This document shows positions 8,019 to 17,680 of a stretch of 64,000 nucleotides of DNA, piece by piece. The notes under the pieces are model-generated. The model was given only the letters and a program-made list of their open reading frames with translations. It did not search any database and had not been told where the DNA came from. Source of the DNA: an uncultured Eubacteriales bacterium (GTDB lineage Bacteria > Bacillota > Clostridia > Oscillospirales > CAG-382); the NCBI GenBank assembly GCA_934444645.1, contig CAKSCV010000011.1:2626-66625 (forward strand). The letters are read 5' to 3'. A program made the position numbers and the translations under genes. Numbering within the stretch: the stretch's first letter is position 1; each line of letters starts with the position of its first letter.

Positions 8019-9500
8019 ATGGATAAAAACACTGAAATACTGCAAAAAATCCACGCCAAACGGCGCAAAAAGCTGTTTCTTTTACGGATGCGCCTACAAT
8101 CTTTTTTCCTGTTTTGCATCTTTTTTGGGATGCTTCTGTGCGGCATTCTTTTTTTCCTTCTTCCGAAAAAAGAGGTCTCCGAAGCCGAACAGCGCAAGCT
8201 TGCCTCCTTTCCGTCTCTAACGCTTCAAACGCTCTGGAGCGGCGATTTCACGTCGGGACTTAACATCTACTATTCCGACAATTTTGTCATGCGCGACGAG
8301 CTTGTCAAAGCGAAATTCGCTTTGGAGGAGCACAAGGGCTTGCGTTTTGACGATGTGAAGATCTACGGCTCGGAAACAGGCGAAACGGCGGAAAACGCCG
8401 CTCAAACGCCGAAAGAGAACCAAAAAACGTGCATTGACGATGTGACGGCGTTCGAAAAAATCACTGCAAACCAACCGAATGTGCCGATGGCTGCCATTGA
8501 TCTTGAAAATCCCTACTATTCCGATCCGAACAAGCATTTCGATTTCAACAAGGCCGATCTTGACGACCGCTTTGCCGACTATATCAATATGGAAAAGGAT
8601 CAGCTTGACGGCGAAAAGCGCGGCAATCTGTTCGTGGTCGGCGATACGGCACTCGAAATCTTCTACGGCAACGAACAGGTCTCCAAGGACTATGCCGCCG
8701 TGTTGAACGCCTATTCCGATGCGCTCGGCGACGGTGTGACCATTTATGACATGATCGTGCCGAACCATTTTGAATTTGGTTTACCGAGCAAATACAAGGG
8801 CAAAATCGGCAAGGACGAAAAGCCGTTTTTGGATCTTGTCAAAGAGAATCTGAACGGAAAAATCGTGTTTGTGGACATCTATGACACACTAAAGACGCAT
8901 TACAACAAGGGCGAATATCTCTATTTCCGCACCGATCACCATTGGACGGGTCTCGGCGCTTACCGTGCCTACGAAAAATTCTGCGAATCAGCCGGTCTTG
9001 CCGCCGTGCCTCTCGATTCCTACGAAAAACGCACCTCAACCGGCTTTTTGGGAACGCTGTACAACAGCTCGCTTGACAAGAATCTTGCCGCAAATCCCGA
9101 CACGGTGGAATATTATGTGACCGATCTTCCGTATGAGCAGACCAACACCAAAAAGGACGGCACGACCTACAAAGGGCGTCTTATCAGCGAATATGCCGAC
9201 GGCCGCACAAACGGCTATTTGACGTTTATGGGCGGCGATATACCGCTTGCGACCATTCGGACGGAAAACACCTCCGGACGGAGCATCATTGTGTTCAAGG
9301 AGTCCTACGGCAACGCGTTCATTCCGTTTTTGGTGCCGCATTATGACACGGTCTATGTGGCGGACATCCGGTCATTCCCGTACAATGCGGTGACGTTTAT
9401 ACAGAACAATCATATCGGCGAGGTTTTGTTCTTAAACAACATTATGACCTCGAACACATCGGCGCGTGTGGCGAACATTTTAGAGCTTCTGCGGAAATAG
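8019..9500 (+). CDS. DHHW-motif protein (AlgX/AlgJ-like SGNH-fold, putative O-acetylation accessory protein)
   Basis: N-terminal TM segment and the signature YFRTDHHWTGLGAY. Confidence 0.75.
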   Translation: MDKNTEILQKIHAKRRKKLFLLRMRLQSFFLFCIFFGMLLCGILFFLLPKKEVSEAEQRKLASFPSLTLQTLWSGDFTSGLNIYYSDNFVMRDELVKAKFALEEHKGLRFDDVKIYGSETGETAENAAQTPKENQKTCIDDVTAFEKITANQPNVPMAAIDLENPYYSDPNKHFDFNKADLDDRFADYINMEKDQLDGEKRGNLFVVGDTALEIFYGNEQVSKDYAAVLNAYSDALGDGVTIYDMIVPNHFEFGLPSKYKGKIGKDEKPFLDLVKENLNGKIVFVDIYDTLKTHYNKGEYLYFRTDHHWTGLGAYRAYEKFCESAGLAAVPLDSYEKRTSTGFLGTLYNSSLDKNLAANPDTVEYYVTDLPYEQTNTKKDGTTYKGRLISEYADGRTNGYLTFMGGDIPLATIRTENTSGRSIIVFKESYGNAFIPFLVPHYDTVYVADIRSFPYNAVTFIQNNHIGEVLFLNNIMTSNTSARVANILELLRK

Positions 9501-9518
9501 CGAAGGAGCCGGAAAACG

Positions 9519-9669
9519 TTTTCCACAGACATAACAAGGACTTTTCAACCGGGTGTTGAAAATAAGCGGAAAAATTTTCCACAGGCAATCCCCCGATCTT
9601 CAACAGGTTTTCCACAGAAGAGATGGACGCATTTTGGCTTGGTTATGGGGGTTGCGGACTTTTCCACAG
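9519..9669 (+). promoter_or_regulatory. Cluster of four identical TTTTCCACAG 10-mers (DnaA-box-like, TT[A/T]TNCACA)
   Basis: Exact copies start at 9519, 9575, 9608 and 9660, all in the same orientation. The first two are embedded in the palindromes GGAAAACGTTTTCC and GGAAAAATTTTCC. An AT-rich stretch follows at about 9680-9730. Confidence 0.45.
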
Positions 9670-9737
9670 TTTCAACACCCCCTACTACTACTATACTCCT
9701 ATAATAAGAATAAATGTATAGGATATATCACGCAAAG

Positions 9738-11150
9738 TTGCCGCGAAGCGGCGAGCCGAATCGAGGTTTGGAAAACCTCGGAAAAACGCTTTCCGAAAGG
9801 AAAGTGTTAAAGGCGGCGGAGCCGCCGAAAGATTGCCGCCGTAAGGCGGAAAAAGGATTTAATTGGACTGTGCGAAGTTGTTGTTTGGGTGCGCTGATTC
9901 GAGGTTTGCAGAACCTCGAAACTCCCTGCAAAGGGGACGTTTTTACATTCTTTTTGCGTCGTGCAAAAAGAATCAAAAAGCACGCCAGAGGTTTGCGAAC
10001 CTCTGGACTCCGGGGAACGATTCAAAGCTCTGTCAGAAGCAATTTTGCAAAGTTTTCCGGCGGCTTCTGCCGAAACCGGGTTTGTCCGCAAAACGCCGGC
10101 GTAAAGGCTTTGAATCGGTGCGAAAGGGTTACCGTAGTGCAGACGCAAGACGGATGTTTTTCGAAAAAGAGTTATTGTACTGCAAGCTTACAGCAGCAAG
10201 TGCTATTCTAAAAGGGTTGCTGCACGTTAGTTTGGGTGCGGTGGAAAATTGAAATTTTAGTATGCTGAAAAATACTTTTCTTTATCAGGTGGTTTTGCAT
10301 GAGCTGAAAAAACAGCCCTTTTCCGCAAAACAAAAGGTTTTCGTTTACAGAAAGCTTTACGCTTTGCCCTCAAAAACCGCTCGTTTTCGCAACCAAAACA
10401 CCGCTTGTTCGAACAACTTTTTACTGTTCTCAAAAGCCGCCTTTTTTACGTACAAAAAGCCTTTTATTCGCACAAACCTTTACTTATTCCCACCCAAAAC
10501 AACTTTTTTCCACCCTCCACCTCCCATTCGCACCACCCTTAACCTACTGTCCACAAAAGAATACAGCTGTTCTTTTAATCTTTGCTCTAACTCCTTACGC
10601 TGTAAAGCCGGAACGTCGCACCGATTCAAATCATTGCCGGCGATACCCGAAACATTACAGTTTTTCGCTTAGCCGGTTACCTGATGAACGCCGGTTCTTT
10701 TAACAATAATTACGTATCGACCGGCGATTTGAATCGTGGGTCGCAGGGCTTCGCCGACTCCTTGAAACATGGTCGCCTTGCTCACGTCCGTTCGCAATTC
10801 TCCCTGTTTCGGCGGTCTCCGACGCACAAAAACTTGCCACCGGCAACTTTTTGTACGTCCGAGCATGTGCTTTTTGGTTACTTTTTGCACAACGCAAAAA
10901 GTGACAACCCGTACTCCCTCGCAGGGAGCTTCGAGGTTCTGCAAACCTCGAATCAGCCCACAAAACAACAAATTCGTGCAATCTAATTAAATCCTGCCGG
11001 GAACTTTTCCCTACTTTTTATAGGGCACAAAAAGTAGACCAAAAAAGCTTTTGCCCCTATCGGGGCAGCACGCCTTGCGTGCAAAAACTCCCTTTCGGGA
11101 GCTTCGAGGTTCTGCAAACCTCAAAGCAGCTCGCCGCAGCCGCGGCTTCG
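9738..11150 (+). repeat. Foldback-like non-coding mosaic element, copy B (about 1.41 kb)
   Basis: Same module order as copy A. Core at 10124-10615 lies between TTGAATCGGTGCGA (10110-10123) and TCGCACCGATTCAA (10616-10629). An extra outer arm extends to 11150. Confidence 0.9.
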
Positions 11151-11191
11151 TATATAATAAATTTTTTCGCAAACTTGAAAAGGAGATTCTC

Positions 11192-12886
11192 ATGGAAAAA
11201 AATACCCTCGTCTATGATGTGCGCCCCATCTCTACCATCCGCGAACTCATCGAAACCAGTGCCGATGAATTCAAAAACCGCACCGCGTTCGTCTTGAAAG
11301 ACAACGATAAACTCTATGAAAAACGCTATCATGACGTCCTTGAGGACGTGAAAAATCTTTCAACTTTCTTAAATGCCCGCGGCTTTGAAGGCAAACGCGT
11401 GGCTGTCATCGGCAAAAATTCCTATAACTGGGCACTCACCTACCTTGCCGTCACCAGCGGTACCGGCGTAATCGTCCCCATCGATAAAGATCTCAAGGCT
11501 CCCGAAATTACCAATATTTTAACACTTTCCGAGGCAAGCGCCGTCCTCTTTTCGCCTGAGCTTGCTTCTACTGTTGCTTCTATCGATCTGCCGCTCGAAA
11601 AGCTCCCTATGGCCGATATGAATACCTATCTTGCCGAGGGTTCAACCCTTCGCATCGGCGGTGATATGTCCTATGAAAAGCACGTTATCGACCCATATGC
11701 CCTCGGCGTTCTCATTTATACCTCCGGTACGACGGGTATTGCCAAAGGTGTTATGCTCAGTCAATATAATATCTGTTCGGACATCGTCGCTGTTCTTAAA
11801 CAGGTTAAAATCACGCCTGAGGACAGAACTCTCTCGGTTCTTCCGCTTCATCATACCTATGAAAGCATGGCAGGATTTTTGAGTATACTGTATTCCGGCG
11901 CAAGCATTGCCTATATGACAAGCCTTACGCATTTGCTTGCCGATTTCCGCGAATATCAGCCCACCATTTTCATTGCCGTGCCGCTTCTTTTGAAAACCGT
12001 GCATAGCGGTATTATCAAAAAAATAAAGGCTGTGCCCGGCGGCAGTGCCTATCTTGTGGTCGGCAAGGCCATTACCACGCTGTCCGGAGCATTTTCCTAT
12101 CAGGTTGCCTCCAAAGTATTTGCAAACATTCATGCGGCTTTCGGCGGCAAATTAAAGACCATTCTCTGCGGTGCTGCGGCGCTTGATCCGGCAATTTTCA
12201 GGGATTTTCAAAAGCTTGGCTTTCATATGATGTGCGGCTATGGACTTACCGAAACGTCGCCGATCTGCGTCATGCACAGCGATCATGTCATCAAGCCCGG
12301 CACGGTGGGCTTGCCCATTTGCGGCTCAAAAGCGAAAATTCTCGATCCGAACGATGAGGGCATCGGCGAGCTTGCCGTTAAAGGTCCAAACGTGATGCTC
12401 GGTTACTATAAAAATCCCGAAGCTACGGCGGAGGCTTTTACGGCGGATGGTTATTTCCGCACGGGTGATCTTGCCAAAATCGATCCGGCAAGCGGTCATT
12501 ATATCATAACCGGCCGTATCAAGAACATGATTGTCATCGGCAACGGCAAAAAGGTTTTTCCGGAGGAAATCGAATATTTGCTCGAAAAATGTGATGGAGT
12601 GAAAGAATGCATGGCTTACGGACACGTCGATGAAGAGGGATATGTGACGGTGGCTGTGAAGATCTTTCCGGATTTTGATTATCTGAAGAAGCAAGGCATT
12701 GAAACGGAAGGCGAAAACGCGAAAAAGGCGCTCGAAGAGTATTTCCGCACGGTTGTCAAGGAAAAGGTTAACCGGAATCTGCCCGGCTATAAAGCGGTAC
12801 GCAAAATAACGCTGCGCTATCGCGAATTTGACAAGACCACCACCAAGAAGATTCGCCGCAATTCGGCGGACAACATGGAGGAATAA
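11192..12886 (+). CDS. AMP-dependent acyl-CoA synthetase/ligase (long-chain fatty acid-CoA ligase-like)
   Basis: AMP-binding motif LIYTSGTTGIAKGV, and GYGLTETS, GDL and GRIKNMI motifs. The ATG at 11192 follows the RBS AAAGGAG. The longer ORF from 11051 runs into the repeat element. Confidence 0.88.
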   Translation: MEKNTLVYDVRPISTIRELIETSADEFKNRTAFVLKDNDKLYEKRYHDVLEDVKNLSTFLNARGFEGKRVAVIGKNSYNWALTYLAVTSGTGVIVPIDKDLKAPEITNILTLSEASAVLFSPELASTVASIDLPLEKLPMADMNTYLAEGSTLRIGGDMSYEKHVIDPYALGVLIYTSGTTGIAKGVMLSQYNICSDIVAVLKQVKITPEDRTLSVLPLHHTYESMAGFLSILYSGASIAYMTSLTHLLADFREYQPTIFIAVPLLLKTVHSGIIKKIKAVPGGSAYLVVGKAITTLSGAFSYQVASKVFANIHAAFGGKLKTILCGAAALDPAIFRDFQKLGFHMMCGYGLTETSPICVMHSDHVIKPGTVGLPICGSKAKILDPNDEGIGELAVKGPNVMLGYYKNPEATAEAFTADGYFRTGDLAKIDPASGHYIITGRIKNMIVIGNGKKVFPEEIEYLLEKCDGVKECMAYGHVDEEGYVTVAVKIFPDFDYLKKQGIETEGENAKKALEEYFRTVVKEKVNRNLPGYKAVRKITLRYREFDKTTTKKIRRNSADNMEE

Positions 12887-12900
12887 TCTATATTGTTGTT

Positions 12901-14146
12901 TGTGGGAGTTCGAGGTTTGCAAAACCTCGGAACTCCCTGCCCCGACAGGGGCAAACTTTCCGAAAGGAAAGTTTCAAAGTTTTTTGCCCTACTTTTTGTA
13001 TTTTACAAAAAGTAGGAAAAATCCGCCGAGGGCGGCAAAAGGATTTAATTGGTTTTGTGTGAAGCTGTAATCTTCGTGTGCTGATTCGAGGTTTGCGAAA
13101 CCTCGGGATTCCCTTTGGAAAAGGATTTAATTGTTGCGGTACGAAGCTGCGGCTGCGGTGTGCTGATTCGAGGTTTGCAGAACCTCGAAACTCCCTGCAA
13201 AGGGACGTTTTTCGTGCTTTTCGCTTGTACGAAAAGAACCAAAAGTACACCAGAGGTTTGCGAACCTCTGGACTCCGGGGAGCGATTCAAATCTCCGCTC
13301 GATACATGACTTTTGCTAAATTGACCGGCCATCATCATGTAACCGGCCGCGCCGGGAACCGCAAGGTTTCCGGGTATCGCCGGGGAGGATTTGAATCGGT
13401 GCGAAAGGGTGGCTGTAGTGCTGACGCAAGACTGATGTTTTTCGAAAATGGATTGTTGTACTGCAAGCTTACAGTAAGTTATCGCGGATAAAATCTGTGA
13501 CTGCGTGTTAGCTTTAGTGCAGTGGGAGATTGGATTTTCCTGTGCTGAAAAAAGCTTTTCTTTATCGGATAGCTTTGCATGAGCCGAAAAAACAGCCCTT
13601 TTTCGCAAACCAAAAGGTTTTCTTTTGCAGAAAACTTTTTAACCGTACTTGAAAGTCAGCTGTTTTTACAAACTAAAAAGCTTTTCTTCTGCACAAACCT
13701 TTCCTTTTTCCCACCCAAAATAACTCTTTTTTGCCCTCCGTTGCCCGTTCCAACCACCCTTAACCTACTGTTTGCAAAGAATGCGGCTGTTCTTTTGCTG
13801 TTCGCTTTAATTTTGTGCTGTAAAGTCTGAGCGTCGCACCGATTCAAAGCCTTTTCGCCGGCGTTTTGCAGGCAAAACCGGTTTCGACATGAGCCGCCGG
13901 AAAGCTTTACAAAATCTTTTCCGGCAGAGCTTTGAATCGTCCCCGGAGTCCAGAGGTTCGCAAACCTCTGGCGTGCTTTTTGGTTCTTTTTGCACGACGC
14001 AAAAAGAACGTAAAAACGTCCCCTTTGCAGAGAACATCGAGGTTCCGCAAGCCTCGATTCAGCCCGCCGCAGCCGCAGCTTCGCACCGCAACAATTAAAA
14101 CCTTTCAAGGAAGCTTCGAGGTTCCGCAAACCTCGAATCAGCCCAC
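12901..14146 (+). repeat. Foldback-like non-coding mosaic element, copy C (about 1.25 kb), core flipped relative to arms
   Basis: Core at 13405-13833 is in the same orientation as in A, B and D, but the arm modules either side are exchanged and inverted (Y' on the left, X' on the right). Bounding inverted repeats at 13391-13404 and 13834-13847. Confidence 0.88.
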
Positions 14147-14201
14147 CCAAATTGCCTTTCCAAAAAAACACCAAAAAAATATATAAAAAGAGGTGCAACC
14201 T

Positions 14202-15314
14202 ATGAAGAACAAGTACGATGTCGCCGCCTATATCTGGCCGAGCTATACCGGCGACGAGCCGAGAACACGCATCTTTTGGCCGGAGGGCTACGGCGAATGG
14301 CAGACCGTCAAGGCCGCTATGCCAAAATTTCCCGGACACAAGTGGCCGCGCAAACCGCTGTGGGGCTATGTCAACGAGGCTGACCCATATGTCATGGAAA
14401 TGCAGATAAACGCTGCCGCCGACCATGGCGTCAATGTGTTTATCTACGATTGGTATTGGTTCGATAACCGCCCGTTCCTCGAACAGTGCCTGGATAACGG
14501 CTACTTAAAGGCTAAGAACAACGACCGCGTCAAATTCTATATCATGTGGGCAAATCATACCGCGACCACGCTTTGGGATAAACGCACCGCACATCTTGAT
14601 GTGCCGATCTGGGATCACGGCGCAAGTCCCGAAATGTTCAAAACCATCTGTGAACGCATGATTGACCAGTATTTCTTACATCCGTCCTATTATAAAATCG
14701 ACGGCAAGCCGGTCTTTATGTTCCACGATTTGTGCAACTTTCTCTACGGTATCGGCGGCATTGAAAACGCGAAACGCGCTTTGTACGATTTCCAGAATAT
14801 GGCCATCAAAGCCGGTCTTCCCGGCGTCCATATTCAAGATTGCTTGCGCGGTGCAGACACCATGAAATACCGTGACCCGGCACTCGGCTTTGACGGCAGT
14901 ATGGCGGATGCGGTCGATCTTCTCGGCTTTGACAGCACTACACACTACCAGTTCTGCGGCGTAGTCGACATCAAGCGTTCCTACCCTGAAGCGCTTGCCG
15001 ATATGGTCAAAGAATGGGATAAAACGCGCGAAAGCTACAAAGCGCCCTATTTTCCCCATGTGTCGCTCGGCTGGGACACCAATCCGCGCTTTGAAACGGT
15101 ACGTGACGATATTCTCACCGACTGCACGCCGGAGAATATCAAAAAAGCGTTTATCGAAGCCAAAAAATACATTGATGCCCATCCGGAGCTGCCTGTTCCG
15201 CTTGTGGTGGTCAACAGCTGGAACGAATGGACTGAAACCAGTTATTTCGAACCGGATGATTTGTATGGCTATGGCTATTTAAACGCCTGCAAGGAAGTCT
15301 TTTTAGGAAAATAA
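14202..15314 (+). CDS. WbsX-like / GH99-like domain protein, paralog 1
   Basis: Family-typical NVFIYDWYWF and NSWNEWTETSY motifs. No signal peptide. The ATG at 14202 has better RBS spacing than the GTG at 14193. Confidence 0.8.
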   Translation: MKNKYDVAAYIWPSYTGDEPRTRIFWPEGYGEWQTVKAAMPKFPGHKWPRKPLWGYVNEADPYVMEMQINAAADHGVNVFIYDWYWFDNRPFLEQCLDNGYLKAKNNDRVKFYIMWANHTATTLWDKRTAHLDVPIWDHGASPEMFKTICERMIDQYFLHPSYYKIDGKPVFMFHDLCNFLYGIGGIENAKRALYDFQNMAIKAGLPGVHIQDCLRGADTMKYRDPALGFDGSMADAVDLLGFDSTTHYQFCGVVDIKRSYPEALADMVKEWDKTRESYKAPYFPHVSLGWDTNPRFETVRDDILTDCTPENIKKAFIEAKKYIDAHPELPVPLVVVNSWNEWTETSYFEPDDLYGYGYLNACKEVFLGK

Positions 15315-15354
15315 CTGTTTTTACGGATAAAACAACAGAAAGAGGAAGAGAATT

Positions 15355-16464
15355 ATGGCAAAAAAATATGATGTCGCCGCCTTTATTTGGCCGAGCTACA
15401 CCGGCGACGAACCGCGCACGCGCATTTTTTGGCCGGAGGGTTACGGCGAATGGCAGACCGTCAAGGCGATGAAACCGTTTTATCCGGGTCATACCTGGCC
15501 GCGTAAGCCGCTTTGGGGCTATGTCAACGAGGCCGACCCGTATGTCATGGAAATGCAGATAAACGCCGCCGCCGACCATGGCGTTAACGTCTTTATCTAT
15601 GACTGGTATTGGTTCGACAACCGCCCGTTCCTTGAGCAGTGCCTTGATAATGGCTACTTAAAGGCCAAGAATAACGACCGCGTCAAGTTTTACATCATGT
15701 GGGCCAACCACACCGCAACCTCCATTTGGGACAAGCGTACCGCCGAGATGAACTATCCGATCTGGGACGGTGCCGTGAACCGTGCCGCTTTTGAAACGGT
15801 AGTTCGCCGCACCATCGACATGTATTTCTCGCATCCGTCGTATTACAAGATCGACGGCAAGCCGGTGTACATGATTTATGATCTCGGCAACCTGATTCGC
15901 GGTCTCGGCGGCATTGAAAACACCAAACGTGCGCTCGATTGGTTCCGTGAAGAAACCGTCAAAGCCGGTTTTCCGGGACTGGAACTGCAATTGACGCTTC
16001 GCAGTGAGCGTGCTATGAATGTGACCGGTCTTGACCCGAAATTTGAGGGCAACATGACGGCGGCGGTGCACGCGCTCGAATTTGACAGCGTAACACACTA
16101 TCAGTTTGTTCACATTACGCCCATGGCGCGCAAGTATACAGACATTCTTGCCGATATCGAAAAGGAATGGGCGTATATTGACCGCACGTTCAAGATGCCG
16201 TATTATCCGCACATTTCGGTAGGCTGGGATTCCAGTCCGCGCTACAATTCCGACCGGCATGATGCGTGCCTTGAAAACACGCCGGAAAACGTGAAGAAGG
16301 GCTTTGAAATGGCAAAGGCGTATATCGATGCGCACAAGAATCTGAAAGCACCGCTTGTCACGGTCAACAGCTGGAACGAATGGACGGAAACAAGTTATCT
16401 GGAGCCGGACGATTTTTACGGGTACGGATATTTGGAAGCCATTCGCGAGGTGTTCGGAAAATAA
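15355..16464 (+). CDS. WbsX-like / GH99-like domain protein, paralog 2 (tandem duplicate)
   Basis: Collinear with 14202-15314. It shares a 73-aa identical block (PRKPLWGYVNEADPYVMEMQ...IMWANHTAT). RBS AGAGGAAGAG. Confidence 0.8.
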   Translation: MAKKYDVAAFIWPSYTGDEPRTRIFWPEGYGEWQTVKAMKPFYPGHTWPRKPLWGYVNEADPYVMEMQINAAADHGVNVFIYDWYWFDNRPFLEQCLDNGYLKAKNNDRVKFYIMWANHTATSIWDKRTAEMNYPIWDGAVNRAAFETVVRRTIDMYFSHPSYYKIDGKPVYMIYDLGNLIRGLGGIENTKRALDWFREETVKAGFPGLELQLTLRSERAMNVTGLDPKFEGNMTAAVHALEFDSVTHYQFVHITPMARKYTDILADIEKEWAYIDRTFKMPYYPHISVGWDSSPRYNSDRHDACLENTPENVKKGFEMAKAYIDAHKNLKAPLVTVNSWNEWTETSYLEPDDFYGYGYLEAIREVFGK

Positions 16465-16465
16465 A

Positions 16466-16497
16466 GAAAAAAGGCGGATTTTTTGCCGCCTTTTTTT
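16466..16497 (+). terminator. Rho-independent terminator after the WbsX-like pair
   Basis: AAAAAAGGCGG / CCGCC stem followed by TTTTTTT. Confidence 0.7.
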
Positions 16498-16500
16498 GCA

Positions 16501-17664
16501 TAAAGCCGCCGCAAGGCGGCTTTATATATTTGCGAAGCCGCCTTGCGGCGAGCTGAATCGAGGTTTGCGAACCTCGAAATTCCCTTAAAAAGGTTTTAAT
16601 TGTTGCGGTGCGAAGATGTCACTGCGGTGGGCTGAATCGAGGTTTGCAAAACCTCGGAAGTTCCCGAAAGGGAGACGGGTTTATTCTTTTTGCGTTGTGC
16701 AAAAAGAACCAAAAAGCACACCAGAGGTTTGCGAACCTCTGGACTCCGGGGACGATTCAAAGCTCTGTCGGAAGTGATTTTGCAGAAATTTCCGGCGGCT
16801 TCTGCCGAAACCGGTTTTGCCCGCAAAACGGCGGCGAAAAGGCTTTGAATCGGTGCGAAAGGGTTACCGTAGTGCAAACGCAAGACTGATGTTTTTCGAA
16901 AAAGGATTATTGTACTGCAAGCTCACAGCAGCAAGCGATATTCGAAAAGGGTTGCTGCACGTTAGCTTTGGCGCGGAGGGAATTTGAATTTTTTGTATGC
17001 TAAAAAAAGCTTTTCTTTATCGGATAGCTTTGCATTAGCTGAAAATCTGCCTTTTTCGCAAACCAAAAGGTTATCTTTTGCCGAAAACTTTTTAACCGTA
17101 CTTGAAAGTCACCTGCTTTTACAAACCAAAAGCATTTCTTTTGCACAAACCTTTACGAACTGCCCTCAAAAGCCGCCTTTTTTACGTTCAAAAAGCCTTT
17201 TATTCGCACAAACCTTTCTTTATTCCCACCCAAAATAACTCTTTTTTGCCCTCCGCCGCCCCTTTCAACGCCCCTTAACCTACTGTTTGCAAAGAATACA
17301 GCCGTTCTTTTGCTGTTCGCTCTAAATCCTTATGCTGTAAAGCCGGAACGTCGCACCGATTCAAATCCTCACCGGCGATACCCGGAAAGGTTGTAATATC
17401 CGGTGCCGCCGGTTACATGATGATGGCCGGTCGTTTCCGCAAAAATCATGTATCGAGCGGAGATTTGAATCGAGGTCGCAGGACGGAGTCCCGTGTGCTT
17501 TTTGGTTACTTTTTGCACAATGCAAAAAGTAACAACCCGTTCTCTTTGCAGAGAATATCGAGGTTCTGCAAACCTCGAATCAGTGCACACAAACAATAAA
17601 TTCGCACCAACAAAATTAAAACCTTAAAGGAGCTTCGAGGTTCTGCAAACCTCGAATCAGCGCA
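16501..17664 (+). repeat. Foldback-like non-coding mosaic element, copy D (about 1.16 kb)
   Basis: Same module order as A and B. Core at 16859-17350 is bounded by inverted repeats at 16845-16858 and 17351-17364. Confidence 0.9.
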
Positions 17665-17680
17665 AAAACCGCAATCATTT

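Noticed and set aside
9505-9730. The DnaA-box-like cluster could be called the chromosomal origin oriC.
   Set aside because: No dnaA, dnaN or other origin-linked genes are nearby. Only four boxes are present, all in one orientation, and two of them are part of small palindromes. I kept it as a regulatory motif cluster, not an origin call.
11051-11191. The supplied ORF for the acyl-CoA ligase starts at 11051, adding 47 residues.
   Set aside because: The extension translates the outer arm of repeat copy B (it contains the palindrome-derived ELRGSANLK string). The ATG at 11192 has a proper AAAGGAG RBS and begins the conserved ligase N-terminus.
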